Assembly: GCA_029856145.1 (NCBI GenBank)
Contig: JAHQWK010000004.1
Span: 64,001-128,000 of the forward strand
Reading direction: 5' to 3'
Length of the DNA stretch: 64,000 bases
Origin: Promethearchaeia archaeon
GTDB taxonomy: Archaea > Asgardarchaeota > Lokiarchaeia > Sigyniarchaeales > SOKP01
Part shown: piece by piece, positions 50,297-60,542 of the stretch
Position numbering within the stretch: the first letter of the stretch is position 1
Layout of the letters: every line of letters starts with the position of its first letter
Notes under the pieces: model-generated
Seen by the model: only the letters and a program-made list of their open reading frames with translations
Databases searched by the model: none
Told to the model about the DNA's origin: nothing
Made by a program: the position numbers and the translations under genes

Positions 50297-51868
50297 TTAA
50301 AAATTAAGAACACTTCGTAGAGCATTATTAATATTTTTTGTCATATCTAATGCTGTAAAGCGGTCTCCAACATTTAGTTTACAATATTCTCCTATTATGC
50401 CATTAAGAAATGCTGCGGAGCATGCTGACTTGAAAAGATCATTTTTAGTTGAAATAAAGCAATTACATAGTCCTGCTAATACATCACCAGTCCCACCAAT
50501 ACTCATTTCAGCACAACCAGTTTTATTTACCTTAATTTGCTTTCCATTAGAGATATAATCAAATGGACCTTTCACCAGTAGAGTTAAATCTAAATCTTTA
50601 GCCAAATCTAATATTACTTTGCTGCGATCCACAATATTCTCATAAGAGGGTAGTACTACATTCATCATTATCTTTAATTCCCCCTCATGAGGTGTTAGTA
50701 TAGTAGGTAAGCCTTTTATTAATTCAAGGTGATCTTTAACTAGTTTTAAAGCATCAGCATCAAGAATAAATGGTTTTTTATATTGTTTTAAATTCTTTAG
50801 TAATTCTACTAAGAGATTTTCAGTTTCTTTTTTTATTCCCAAACCAGGGCCAATTAATATTGAATCTGCCCATTTTATTAATTCAGTTAATTCTTCTAAA
50901 GCATCTATATCCAACCAATTACCTTTTTTTGTTCTTACGATCATATTTGGAGAATAACTTCTAAGAGGTGTTGCAATAACTTCTGGTACATAAGTTATTA
51001 CTAAATCAATTCCAAAATTAATCCCCGTCAAAGAAGAATAAGCGGGAGCTCCAGAATAATTCTTCGAACCACCTATTATTAAAATTTTCCCAAAGTCCCC
51101 TTTATGAGCATCACTTTTTCTTTTTTTTAAAGTAGATATTAAATCTCCTCTTCCAATGAATAAACTTGCTTCAGGAGGAATACCAATAGATTTCTCTAAG
51201 ATTTCCTCTATATATTCATTGTTACAAGACAATCCTTTTTTCCTTCTATGAAAGGTAATTACTAAATCTGCTTTGACCGCCTTATCAGTGACATCCCCAG
51301 TATTGGGATCTAATCCTGATGGTATATCAATGGAAACTACTGTAATCCTTTCATTCTCTACTTTTTTAATATTATTTATTAAATCTATTGCAGAAGCTAT
51401 AGGTTCTCTGATTTTTCCTTCTATTCCAGTTCCTAACAATCCATCAACAATTACATGATAACTTTTATCTTCTTTAATACGATTTCCTATATTAATTAAG
51501 TCTGTGGAATCTTTTACTATTTCTACATCAATAGAATAATTAAGGTTATTAAAAATTATATTCCAGTTTAATTGAGCCTCTTTAGTTCGAATTTTACCTG
51601 GATCACCAACTAAAATAACCAAAACTTTAACGCCATAAGAACTCAAGTGCCTAGCAACAACAAATCCATCTCCTCCATTATTTCCCGTTCCACAAAAAAT
51701 TACTGTTTTATTGTTTTTCTCTAAATAACCACGATTCATAATTTTTGTTGCGAAAGAATAACCAGCACATTCCATTAAGTGACTTTTTGGTATTCCGAGC
51801 CACTCTGAGTTATTATCTAAAATTGCCATCTCTTCAGAACTAATCTTTTCAGAATTAAATGGTTTCAT
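50297..51868 (-). CDS. nnr: Bifunctional NAD(P)H-hydrate epimerase/dehydratase
   Basis: LMECAG, GTGNNGGDG, DGLLGTG, DIPSG, HKGDFG, GPGLG, DADA, TPHEGE and GGTGDVLAG. Confidence 0.95.
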   Translation of the reverse strand: MKPFNSEKISSEEMAILDNNSEWLGIPKSHLMECAGYSFATKIMNRGYLEKNNKTVIFCGTGNNGGDGFVVARHLSSYGVKVLVILVGDPGKIRTKEAQLNWNIIFNNLNYSIDVEIVKDSTDLINIGNRIKEDKSYHVIVDGLLGTGIEGKIREPIASAIDLINNIKKVENERITVVSIDIPSGLDPNTGDVTDKAVKADLVITFHRRKKGLSCNNEYIEEILEKSIGIPPEASLFIGRGDLISTLKKRKSDAHKGDFGKILIIGGSKNYSGAPAYSSLTGINFGIDLVITYVPEVIATPLRSYSPNMIVRTKKGNWLDIDALEELTELIKWADSILIGPGLGIKKETENLLVELLKNLKQYKKPFILDADALKLVKDHLELIKGLPTILTPHEGELKIMMNVVLPSYENIVDRSKVILDLAKDLDLTLLVKGPFDYISNGKQIKVNKTGCAEMSIGGTGDVLAGLCNCFISTKNDLFKSACSAAFLNGIIGEYCKLNVGDRFTALDMTKNINNALRSVLNF

Positions 51869-51998
51869 AACAATTTTATTTAAGAATTAGATATAAAAAA
51901 TCTTTTAGTTTCAGACGATTTTTTATTTGGAAAAATATTTCATTATTCGAATATTATTGAATCAAAAGACCATTCAAAATAATTAGGAAATAAGGAAA

Positions 51999-52811
51999 AT
52001 GAGTGAAAAACTACAAATATATCAAGATTACGGTAAAAAAATTGAAGAACTTCTAAGACCTTTAACATTTCCAATTGCGATAAAAGTTATAAAAGATGAA
52101 TCTGACATTCCTCTTAACCATAAAAAACCTAAATCTAATTTAAATGTACAAATTTTTTTATGTCAAGCATTTAAAATGGTTCGTAGCTATGGATGGACCA
52201 TGTTTATAACGGAAGAGGATTGTATATGCAAGTTGGCTAGGTTTATTTATGGCTGGGATCCAATGACAGAAGAAGCTGAAAATTTCGCCAATCAGTTCAG
52301 TAATGGACTTTATGCTAAAGACCTTGACACAGCAAGAAAATGGCAAGATCATATCTATTTATTGAAAGACAAATTTTTAGGTGTAGCAATTTCACCTTTA
52401 ACAAGAACTAAAATAGAGCCTGATATTGTTCAAATTTATTGTAATCCTGCACAAGCTATGAGATTGATTCAAGCTTATCTTTATATTAAGGGTGGTGTTC
52501 TTAATTTCACATCCGCAGGGAGAGGGGCTTCCTGCCATGAAGGAGTAATTAAAAGTATTCAGACTAATGAGCCTCAGCTAGTGATCTTAGGAAATGGTGA
52601 TAGAGTTTGGGGAGGAGCAGAAGATACAGAAGTAATGTTTTCAATTCCAAAAGAAAAATTAGGTATTATTGTAAAAGGATTAGAGGCTACACACAAGGCA
52701 GGTTTGAGATATCCAATCCCAAAATATATGAATTATAATCCCGGCTTCCAAGCAGCATTTAAAGAAAAAGCTAAAGTTAGAGCTGGAGGCACTGTAATTA
52801 AAGAAAACTAA
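51999..52811 (+). CDS. DUF169 family protein
   Basis: LTFPIAIK, LCQA...R, C.L...G, PDIVQIYCNPAQAMRL, GDRVWG and EVMFSIP motifs. Confidence 0.85.
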   Translation: MSEKLQIYQDYGKKIEELLRPLTFPIAIKVIKDESDIPLNHKKPKSNLNVQIFLCQAFKMVRSYGWTMFITEEDCICKLARFIYGWDPMTEEAENFANQFSNGLYAKDLDTARKWQDHIYLLKDKFLGVAISPLTRTKIEPDIVQIYCNPAQAMRLIQAYLYIKGGVLNFTSAGRGASCHEGVIKSIQTNEPQLVILGNGDRVWGGAEDTEVMFSIPKEKLGIIVKGLEATHKAGLRYPIPKYMNYNPGFQAAFKEKAKVRAGGTVIKEN

Positions 52812-52854
52812 TTTAGATTTAAAAATTGTTAAAGTTAAAAATGAGAGTATTAAA

Positions 52855-53853
52855 ATGACTAATTTGCAAAAAATGATAATTTCGGCTCAAAAAGCAATGA
52901 TTCATGTAATGAATTTGAATAAGGATGATGCTGTATTAGTTATTTCCGATGAAGATACTAAGAGTGTAGGGGAAGCTTTTTATAATGCAGCTATTGAGTA
53001 TGATTGTTCGGCACAATTATATTTGCTACCTGAAAAAGATCGCCCATTAACAGAAATACCCCCAGAAATGGATGAGTTAGCAAAAGGAAAAACGATAGTG
53101 ATTAACGCATTTAAGGGATTAGGAGATGAAACTCCATTTCGAGTTAAATGGGTAAAAAAAATTCTTGCTACCAAATCAATTCGATTGGGGCATGGTGCAG
53201 GTATTACGAAAACCATGATGATTGAAGGTCCAATGAATATTGATTATGAACCTATGGTAAATACTGCAGATAAAATGATTAAAATATTAGAAAATGCTAA
53301 AATAGCGCATATTTCAGCACCAGGTGGAACAGATATCGTTTTATACATTGAAGATCGTGGATTCTCTACAGATGTTCGAATTACCAAAGAACCCTATTTT
53401 GCTAATCTTCCTTGTGGTGAAATATGGTGTGGTCCTATTGAAACACAAGGTGATGGTATTATTGTATGTGATGGTTCAATTGGTGATATTGGTAAAGTAA
53501 AGAAACCCTTGAAAATAACAGTAAAAAATGGTAAAATTCTTAATATTGAAAGTAAGGATAAAAATTTAGTTAAAGAAGTCGAAAAATTAATTAGTTTAGA
53601 TGAAGAAGCAAGTATTATCGGAGAATTGGGAATAGGTTTAAATCCTGGCGCTAAATTAAGTGGAATTCTACTTGAGGATGAAAAAGCCCTTCAAACAGCC
53701 CATATTGCATTTGGTAATAATACTGATATGCAGGGTGGGCAAAATACATCAAAAACCCATAGAGATTTCTTATTCTATAATCCAACAATAAAGATTACCT
53801 ATAAAGATGGTTCAACCAAGATTTTAATGAGAAATGGGAAATTTTCTTTTTGA
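52855..53853 (+). CDS. M29-type thermophilic aminopeptidase
   Basis: Motifs GGTD, ANLPCGE, IGELGIGLNP, LEDEK, HIAFGNN and HRD. Confidence 0.88.
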   Translation: MTNLQKMIISAQKAMIHVMNLNKDDAVLVISDEDTKSVGEAFYNAAIEYDCSAQLYLLPEKDRPLTEIPPEMDELAKGKTIVINAFKGLGDETPFRVKWVKKILATKSIRLGHGAGITKTMMIEGPMNIDYEPMVNTADKMIKILENAKIAHISAPGGTDIVLYIEDRGFSTDVRITKEPYFANLPCGEIWCGPIETQGDGIIVCDGSIGDIGKVKKPLKITVKNGKILNIESKDKNLVKEVEKLISLDEEASIIGELGIGLNPGAKLSGILLEDEKALQTAHIAFGNNTDMQGGQNTSKTHRDFLFYNPTIKITYKDGSTKILMRNGKFSF

Positions 53854-53996
53854 GTGTTAACAATTCGAGTAATTAAAACATCTTTCTAATCTAATAGAAT
53901 ATAAATTTTTATTAAACCATTTTATTTAATTCTAAATAATAAAATCAAAATTGACAATTAAAAATTAGAATTATTATAAATAATCGAGGTGTTGAT

Positions 53997-54419
53997 ATGA
54001 GTCCTAGACCTGGACCAATGCGTCGTCGTATGGTTCGCAGAGCTGTTCGCCGTCCTATACGACGTAATATATGGAGAGCCCGAAGAATACTATGGCGTAC
54101 CACCAGACGGTTGATCTTGGGAACTTCAGTATTATTAATGATTGGGGGTAGCTATGCTGTTTACAAACTTACTAAACACGATGTTGAAAGAATTGAACAA
54201 GAGACTGGTAAATCTGCGGAAAATATGACTGAAGATGAATTAAAAACTGCTATGAGAAATTTAGGCATTCAAAAAATGGAACTTACTCCTGACGACGGGA
54301 TACACATCGATAAGGTTGCGAATGAAGCTGAAACTGAAATAAAAAAGTTTTGTACATATTGCGGAGGTCAACTAGACTCTAATGCTCATTTTTGCCCTAG
54401 TTGTGGACAAAAGGTTTAA
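53997..54419 (+). CDS. Arg-rich N-terminus, hydrophobic segment, helical domain, zinc ribbon
   Basis: 16 Arg in the first 38 aa; CTYC..CPSC at the C-terminus; GAGGTG SD. Confidence 0.8.
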   Translation: MSPRPGPMRRRMVRRAVRRPIRRNIWRARRILWRTTRRLILGTSVLLMIGGSYAVYKLTKHDVERIEQETGKSAENMTEDELKTAMRNLGIQKMELTPDDGIHIDKVANEAETEIKKFCTYCGGQLDSNAHFCPSCGQKV

Positions 54420-54481
54420 ACTTTTTTAATTTTTTTTCTGATTGCTAGACTTATTTAAGTAGAAATCTTCTATATAAAAGT

Positions 54482-54790
54482 TTATAAGAAAATCTTATAT
54501 TCCAGATTTTTTAGATGATCTAAAGCTCTTTCATATATATTATTATCATTAATCCAGAGCTTCTTTAAATTCCGAAGCTCTTCTATTTCTTTAGTTTCTG
54601 TTAATTGATTATGTTGAAGATATAAAGTTTGTAAATTTTGGAGCTTTTCTCAATCTTTCAAATCTTTCAACTGATTATAACTCAGGTTTAATTCTTTTAA
54701 ATTTATGAAACATCCAAAATCTCTAACTTTTAATTCCAGTTGATAATTTCTAATAAGAATGGAATTTCTAAATAGGTTAGCCAGTTTCTT
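54482..54790 (-). pseudogene. Leucine-rich repeat (SDS22-like) gene remnant
   Basis: Manual translation gives ...INLKELNLSYNQLKDLKD*EKLQNLQTLYLQHNQLTETKEIEELRNLKKLWINDNNI..., with TGA at 54650-54652 and no clear start. Confidence 0.8.
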
Positions 54791-54954
54791 ATTTCTATTG
54801 AAGTTAATTTAAGAGGTTAATATGGAAAATTTTATATTCATAAATTCAGAACACTAATCATCTTTAAATATTATCCTAAATAAAATCATATACAAATCCA
54901 ATTTTTACCTCTAAATAGGAAAAAATGGACGAAATCTAATTATAAATTTAAAAG

Positions 54955-57582
54955 ATGAAAAAAATGAATAAAAAAGACAAATTTTTGGTTTTTGCTGCTT
55001 CAATTCTATTTATTTCTGTGTTTATATCTGGAGGAATGCCGCTTTTCTCAAATACATTCATTTTCTCAGCAGAAAGTAACCCTAGACTCAGTGCTTCTGG
55101 ATTAACTATAAATTCTCCAGTAGAAGGTAAAATATATACACCACAAATGGAAGGATATTATCCTGGTACATATGGATTCGAAAATGATGAGGATGGAAAT
55201 ATACCATCGGGATGGGTGAGTTATTCTACAGGTAGCTGTTATACTAAAGTTTTTTCAGAATTTCAAGGACATAAGAAAGTGTTAAGATGTTATGATAAAT
55301 ATTATGGAACAGGAAAATGGGATCTAAGAAATTCTTTTGAAGACCAAAGTTATGGTACAATAGAATTCTGGATGGCTACAAGTTCAACATCAAAAAGACA
55401 TACAGTATATATAGATGGAGATATATCATCCTCAATGACAGCAATTCGAATGGATGATGGGTATTTGCAATACTATACAAGTACAGGATACCATAATTTA
55501 AGTTCAATTACAGCTAATACATGGTATCATATAAGTATAGATTTCCGATGTAATGGTGCTCCTGCTTATGAAGGTTTAGATGAAAAGAAATTTCAAATAT
55601 CTGTGAATGGTGGTGATGAAAGTGGACCTTATACGTTAGATGGAAATGATGATGTCTGTCAAGTGAGATTGGCAAGTACTGGTCTTGAGGAAGATTTTTA
55701 TGGATACTATGATGCGTTTGGTTTTTCTTGGGATCCATCTTATGAAATTGGAGATAATCTACCGATGGAGGGGTACTATCCCGCGACCTATGGGTTCGAA
55801 AGTGATGAGGATGATTCCTTTCCAGATGAATGGACAGATGATAAAATAAATGGTTATGCGAAGATCATTTCAGAGAAAGGAGAGCATAAAAAGGTGCTTG
55901 ACTTGTACGATAATGTGGCAGCAAGTGGAAAACCAACAAAAGTATATAATAATCTTGGTCAAAGAGATTCTGGGACGATTGAGCTATGGATTCGACAGTC
56001 TGGCTTAGGAGATACAGATAAACGAGGACAGATTACAGGGGCGGGAGATAGCGGTAATGTGTTTCATATTAGGATGGTTGGTGGAAGCCCCGCTAAATGG
56101 GTTGTCCTAAATGGTGAGAGTTATGTTGATATAAGTGGAGCACCAACTCCAGTAGTAGATATGTGGTATCATATTCGAATTGATTTTGACCTTGGTGAAG
56201 AAGAATATTATATTTCTATTGACGGACACTCCCCTTATGGTCCATATAATTTTGGTGTTAATGAGCAATTAGAAAGGCTATACTTACATACTTATAGCTA
56301 TGGAGCTTATTATCATGTCTATTTTGATGCCATAGGCTACTCATGGGATCCTACTTATTTCGAAGGCAACAATAGAGAGGAAGGCTTTTTACTTGACTAT
56401 ACAAGTGATATTGAATTATCAGATGTGAAATATGAATTAAATGGTCATGAAAAAGCTATTGACGGTGATACTTACCTCCCTACATACCCATTTACAGAAT
56501 ATACGGTTAAAGTAACCGGTTATGGACCTGATAGTACCTACTATGAATCAGAACTTATAACATATTCTACAGCACCAATAGAACATTTTGACAACCATTG
56601 GGGGCTTACGGAAATTCGAGCTGATGATGTATGGTATGGATTTGGTGTTAAAGGTGCTGGTGTGAAGGTTTTAGTTATAGATTCCGGAATAGCCCTTAAC
56701 CATCCAGATTTAAAAGCGAATTATAAGGGTGGGTATGATTTTTTTAATGGAGATACTATTCCTGAACCTCCATATAACGATGCAAGTCTCGCTCATGGAA
56801 CGAAATGTTCTGGTATAATAGCAGCCGTAGATAATAATTTTGGAGGCATTGGTGTAGCTCCTGAAGTGGAACTTTATATGGCGCGTATTTCTAATGATGA
56901 TGGTGGCACGTGCTGGGAATATATTCACGAAGCGATCTTATGGGGTATAGATCAGCATACGTCCATAGATAATCCGTATGGTCCGATGGATGTAATTTCT
57001 ATGAGCTTTGTTTATTGGACTGAGGGAACATATGCCAGTGACATTATAGATGCATGTGAAGCAGCTCGTGATGCAGGTACTATTCTTGTTGCATGTTCTG
57101 GGAATGCTATTTATAACGATCCTTCTCCGTATAACGATCCCTCTTGGGTAAGATTTCCTGCTAGCCTCAACGATTATGTAATTGCTGTAGGGGCGATAAA
57201 TGAGGATCTAGAAAGAGGATCATACGAAAATAATAACTATAAGTGGGCAAGTTGCTATGGTACTGAGCTAGATTTAGTTGCTCCAGGAAAAAAAATTTAT
57301 ACTACTGCGAAGATTACAGAAATATATGAGGAAGAATATGCATACTTTAAAATGACATCTGCTGCTTGTCCGTTCGTTGCCGGAGTTTGTGCTCTAATTT
57401 TGAGTGCTTCAAGCTATATTCGAGAAACTCTTACAGGAGCAGCCCGTGTTAATGCTGTAAGGAATTGCTTATATTATGATCCAATCTGGAATTCAGCATG
57501 GGGGAGTGATCCCAATAATGAATATGGACACGGATTAGTTGATGCTTATACTGCGGTTGAATACGCTTTAGCTTATTCCTAA
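54955..57582 (+). CDS. Secreted S8 subtilase with two N-terminal ConA/LamG-like repeats
   Basis: Signal peptide; two MEGYYPxTYGFE...YxDAxGxSWDPxY units; catalytic triad VIDSG / HGTKCSG / TSAACP. Confidence 0.88.
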   Translation: MKKMNKKDKFLVFAASILFISVFISGGMPLFSNTFIFSAESNPRLSASGLTINSPVEGKIYTPQMEGYYPGTYGFENDEDGNIPSGWVSYSTGSCYTKVFSEFQGHKKVLRCYDKYYGTGKWDLRNSFEDQSYGTIEFWMATSSTSKRHTVYIDGDISSSMTAIRMDDGYLQYYTSTGYHNLSSITANTWYHISIDFRCNGAPAYEGLDEKKFQISVNGGDESGPYTLDGNDDVCQVRLASTGLEEDFYGYYDAFGFSWDPSYEIGDNLPMEGYYPATYGFESDEDDSFPDEWTDDKINGYAKIISEKGEHKKVLDLYDNVAASGKPTKVYNNLGQRDSGTIELWIRQSGLGDTDKRGQITGAGDSGNVFHIRMVGGSPAKWVVLNGESYVDISGAPTPVVDMWYHIRIDFDLGEEEYYISIDGHSPYGPYNFGVNEQLERLYLHTYSYGAYYHVYFDAIGYSWDPTYFEGNNREEGFLLDYTSDIELSDVKYELNGHEKAIDGDTYLPTYPFTEYTVKVTGYGPDSTYYESELITYSTAPIEHFDNHWGLTEIRADDVWYGFGVKGAGVKVLVIDSGIALNHPDLKANYKGGYDFFNGDTIPEPPYNDASLAHGTKCSGIIAAVDNNFGGIGVAPEVELYMARISNDDGGTCWEYIHEAILWGIDQHTSIDNPYGPMDVISMSFVYWTEGTYASDIIDACEAARDAGTILVACSGNAIYNDPSPYNDPSWVRFPASLNDYVIAVGAINEDLERGSYENNNYKWASCYGTELDLVAPGKKIYTTAKITEIYEEEYAYFKMTSAACPFVAGVCALILSASSYIRETLTGAARVNAVRNCLYYDPIWNSAWGSDPNNEYGHGLVDAYTAVEYALAYS

Positions 57583-57693
57583 CCTCCTAAATATAATTAA
57601 ACTTTTTTTTTTTTTTAGTGTGGAATAGTTCTAAAGTTTTTTTATTTATAATCTACAACTCTCTTATTCTTTAAATTATGTGAAAAGCATTTT

Positions 57694-57948
57694 ATGAAGT
57701 TGATGATAAAGGAAAGTAAAATTGAAAAAGCTAGAAGGGCGTTAATTCAGCAAGCATTAGACGAGATTTGTAATGTTCCAAATTATAATACTTCATATTG
57801 CAGCACTTTCTGCGTAATCGCAAAACTCGGCTTGCAAATGAAAGTAAAGGAAGAAAAACTATTCGAGATGGGAGATTGGAATAATCCAGAATGTCATGAT
57901 GAGCTAATAGAGAAAGAAAAGATATTTTTAGTTAAGCAAATTCGATAA
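57694..57948 (+). CDS. Small hypothetical protein
   Basis: 84-aa ORF with helical, protein-like sequence. Confidence 0.6.
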   Translation: MKLMIKESKIEKARRALIQQALDEICNVPNYNTSYCSTFCVIAKLGLQMKVKEEKLFEMGDWNNPECHDELIEKEKIFLVKQIR

Positions 57949-58136
57949 GTAAGATATTCAGAGTCTAAGATTGTGTACAGAAATCTATAATTCTATGGAT
58001 AAATATCTTTTTAATACTTAGCTTCTTTAATTAAACTTTATTTATTTGAATTGTAAAATCGTTAGAATTAAGCCCTTCGATAAAAGTTAATAAAAGACTT
58101 CCTATTATCAAACAATCTATATTAGGTCAATCTTGG

Positions 58137-58349
58137 ATGGAGGGAATAATAATTATATTCCACAACAAAGAGGTTCAATTCTTGGATGAGCGTAGGAAAA
58201 AGAAACGATATCCATGGATAATAAATCCATATAAAGTAATGAGTACAGCTCAAGCTCGCGTTAGACAAGCAATAAAAAATAAGGAACAAAAAAAAGTAAA
58301 AGAACCTATTTCAGAAACCAACGAAATAGAATTAGAAAAGGTTCCTTAA
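58137..58349 (+). CDS. Small hypothetical protein or gene fragment
   Basis: 70-aa ORF with no recognisable motif. Confidence 0.35.
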   Translation: MEGIIIIFHNKEVQFLDERRKKKRYPWIINPYKVMSTAQARVRQAIKNKEQKKVKEPISETNEIELEKVP

Positions 58350-58802
58350 TGTGAATTAAAAAGACCTAAGGTTCAAGGTCGTGAGAGACTAGAAGGAAAA
58401 GATCTAAAATGAATAAGAATAAGAAAATTATTATCGAAGATCTTAAATTTTGTTAAGTTAAAATTATAAAAAAAATTATAAAAAAATCAATTGATTTGCT
58501 AGGTTCAATTGGAAATTTAAGAAAAAATTTCATATCCCCCAAGGTAGAATTACGCAAACTTGCCATTTACGTAAACGTGATGGATAGGATTTCGGATTTG
58601 AGATTAACTCTCTTCTGATTTTTTCATTTAAATATTCTCATTATAAGAACTAGTTATAAAGGAAAAGAGGAAAAATTTGTCGAAATATATATAATAAAAT
58701 TGAGTCTACTTTTTTGTAAAAGCAGCGATGAATTTAAATAATACTCTTGTCAAAATGTGCTTAATCAATAATAATCTAGAAAAAAAATTGGGATGAAATC
58801 AA

Positions 58803-59990
58803 ATGAAAATCAAAGCAAAATTTATAATATTATATTATAGTTTGATCCTTATTGGATTTTTAATAGTAAATACTGGCTTAAATTCTCAGAGCTTTAGGTT
58901 ATTTGATAATCTAAAAGAAGAAGAGATAACTTCTATTATACCTAGTCAGGGTACAGTAACTATGTACGAATGGACTCCATATGGAAGCATAAGTGCATCT
59001 AGCCCAATACCAGATCCTGATGAACAGGATTATTTTGAATGGAGCATTTCTACTCTTTATGGTCCAGGATTTTCATGGTATATGATGAATAATACAGATT
59101 TTTTGGCATTGATTACTTTGCAAAATGAATGGCGTACTCGTGGAAATTTCTCCTATACCGCACTTTTATCAGATGAGGAGGAATCCGCCTCGGGGACTTT
59201 TTATCCTTCTTATTTAGATACATGGTGGTTCGTAACAATTAACCATTATACTGGTATTAACTGTTCGGTTGCTCATACAGATGATTGGCTTGATGACTTT
59301 ATTACTGTTGATGAACCTACAAATTCTAATTCTTGGGCAGATGATATGTCTCATTATATTAATTGGACGTGGGGTGGTGATTTTGCATATGTTGATATTG
59401 ATTTGTATTATGATGGTGATTTATTAAGCAATATTGCCACAAATACTCAGAATAATGGTTCTTATCTATGGGAGATTCCTGTAGAGACCTTTCTATTTAA
59501 CGATCTATATCAAGTGAATATATCTAATAGCGAATTTAATGCTACTTGGGGCATGAGTGATGCTTATTTTGAGATCGAGGAGAAAAAATCCATTTTAGTT
59601 TATACCCCTTCTGCAACCGATTCTTGGAAAAAAGGAACAGCTCAAGAAATTAAATGGAATTCAACTGGCATTATTGAAAACGTGGACATTGAACTTTTTA
59701 AGAATGGAGTATTTGAGATGGAGCTTGCTTCAAATGAAATAAACACCGGCTCATTGATTCCTTCTTGGGCAATCCCTTCAGATCTCGAAGACTCTACCCA
59801 ATATCAAATAAAAATTACAGATTCATCTGATCCTTCCATATATGATTTTAGCGACTACTTTGAAATATACACCCCTATACCTGATATTCCAGGGTATGAT
59901 GTAATCATAGTACTAGGTATATCTATTGCTAGCATAATAGGCTTAAGTTGGAAATTAATATTAAAAAGAGACGAGCGAATTAACTCATAA
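58803..59990 (+). CDS. Cell-surface protein with two Kre9/KNH-like Ig-type repeats and a Loki-CTERM-like anchor
   Basis: Signal peptide; repeats I.V..P....W......I.W......VDI.L...G...Y.W.IP...YQ..I...SD.YFEI; C-terminal IPGYD, TM helix and basic tail. Confidence 0.8.
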   Translation: MKIKAKFIILYYSLILIGFLIVNTGLNSQSFRLFDNLKEEEITSIIPSQGTVTMYEWTPYGSISASSPIPDPDEQDYFEWSISTLYGPGFSWYMMNNTDFLALITLQNEWRTRGNFSYTALLSDEEESASGTFYPSYLDTWWFVTINHYTGINCSVAHTDDWLDDFITVDEPTNSNSWADDMSHYINWTWGGDFAYVDIDLYYDGDLLSNIATNTQNNGSYLWEIPVETFLFNDLYQVNISNSEFNATWGMSDAYFEIEEKKSILVYTPSATDSWKKGTAQEIKWNSTGIIENVDIELFKNGVFEMELASNEINTGSLIPSWAIPSDLEDSTQYQIKITDSSDPSIYDFSDYFEIYTPIPDIPGYDVIIVLGISIASIIGLSWKLILKRDERINS

Positions 59991-60218
59991 AATTAAACAA
60001 ATTTTTTTTTTAAAATTGTACACTGTTATAGAAGGAGTTTAGGTGATAAGTTAAGAATAAAGTAATCCATTTATTCCTCCATGTCATCATATATATTTTT
60101 TCTGTAATTTTCATACACCTGTTGAATATAATACTTACTAATTATCTAATTCTATTTAAACAAAAAATAACTATTTAAACCAATATCATGATATCTAATT
60201 AGTAAGGGTGATAAATAA

Positions 60219-60410
60219 ATGGAAAAAAAAAGTGTCAGCATTATCATAATAATTATTGGAATAATTTTTGTGGTTATTGGTAGTGGTCTTCTATGGACAT
60301 CATTTACCATGGCCGAAGGAGGATTGGTACGGGCTCCTGCAATTTTCTTTCTATTAATCGGCTTTGTTTTATGTATTTTTGGTATCATAAAGTATCATAA
60401 AAATTCATAA
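60219..60410 (+). CDS. Two-TM small membrane protein
   Basis: GGTGA SD upstream and two hydrophobic helices. Confidence 0.65.
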   Translation: MEKKSVSIIIIIIGIIFVVIGSGLLWTSFTMAEGGLVRAPAIFFLLIGFVLCIFGIIKYHKNS

Positions 60411-60542
60411 ATTAGAGCAGGAAATGACAGGATTAAAAGGAATTATTAAAAATCTCAAATTAAAAATTTGATTTATCAAATTTTTTTATTCTTTTGTTTT
60501 GATTTAAGTGAGATATAAGAATGAGAAAAAATAACTATCTAT

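Noticed and set aside
54650-54652. In-frame TGA as selenocysteine
   Set aside because: It falls at a Leu position of a decayed LRR with no redox motif, and I recognised no SECIS-like hairpin.
816-56928. Many short ORF-track entries antisense to or nested in long genes (e.g. 816, 1992, 4532, 9190, 11116, 35513, 45692, 46861, 55514)
   Set aside because: Shadow ORFs of well-supported genes with no motifs of their own.
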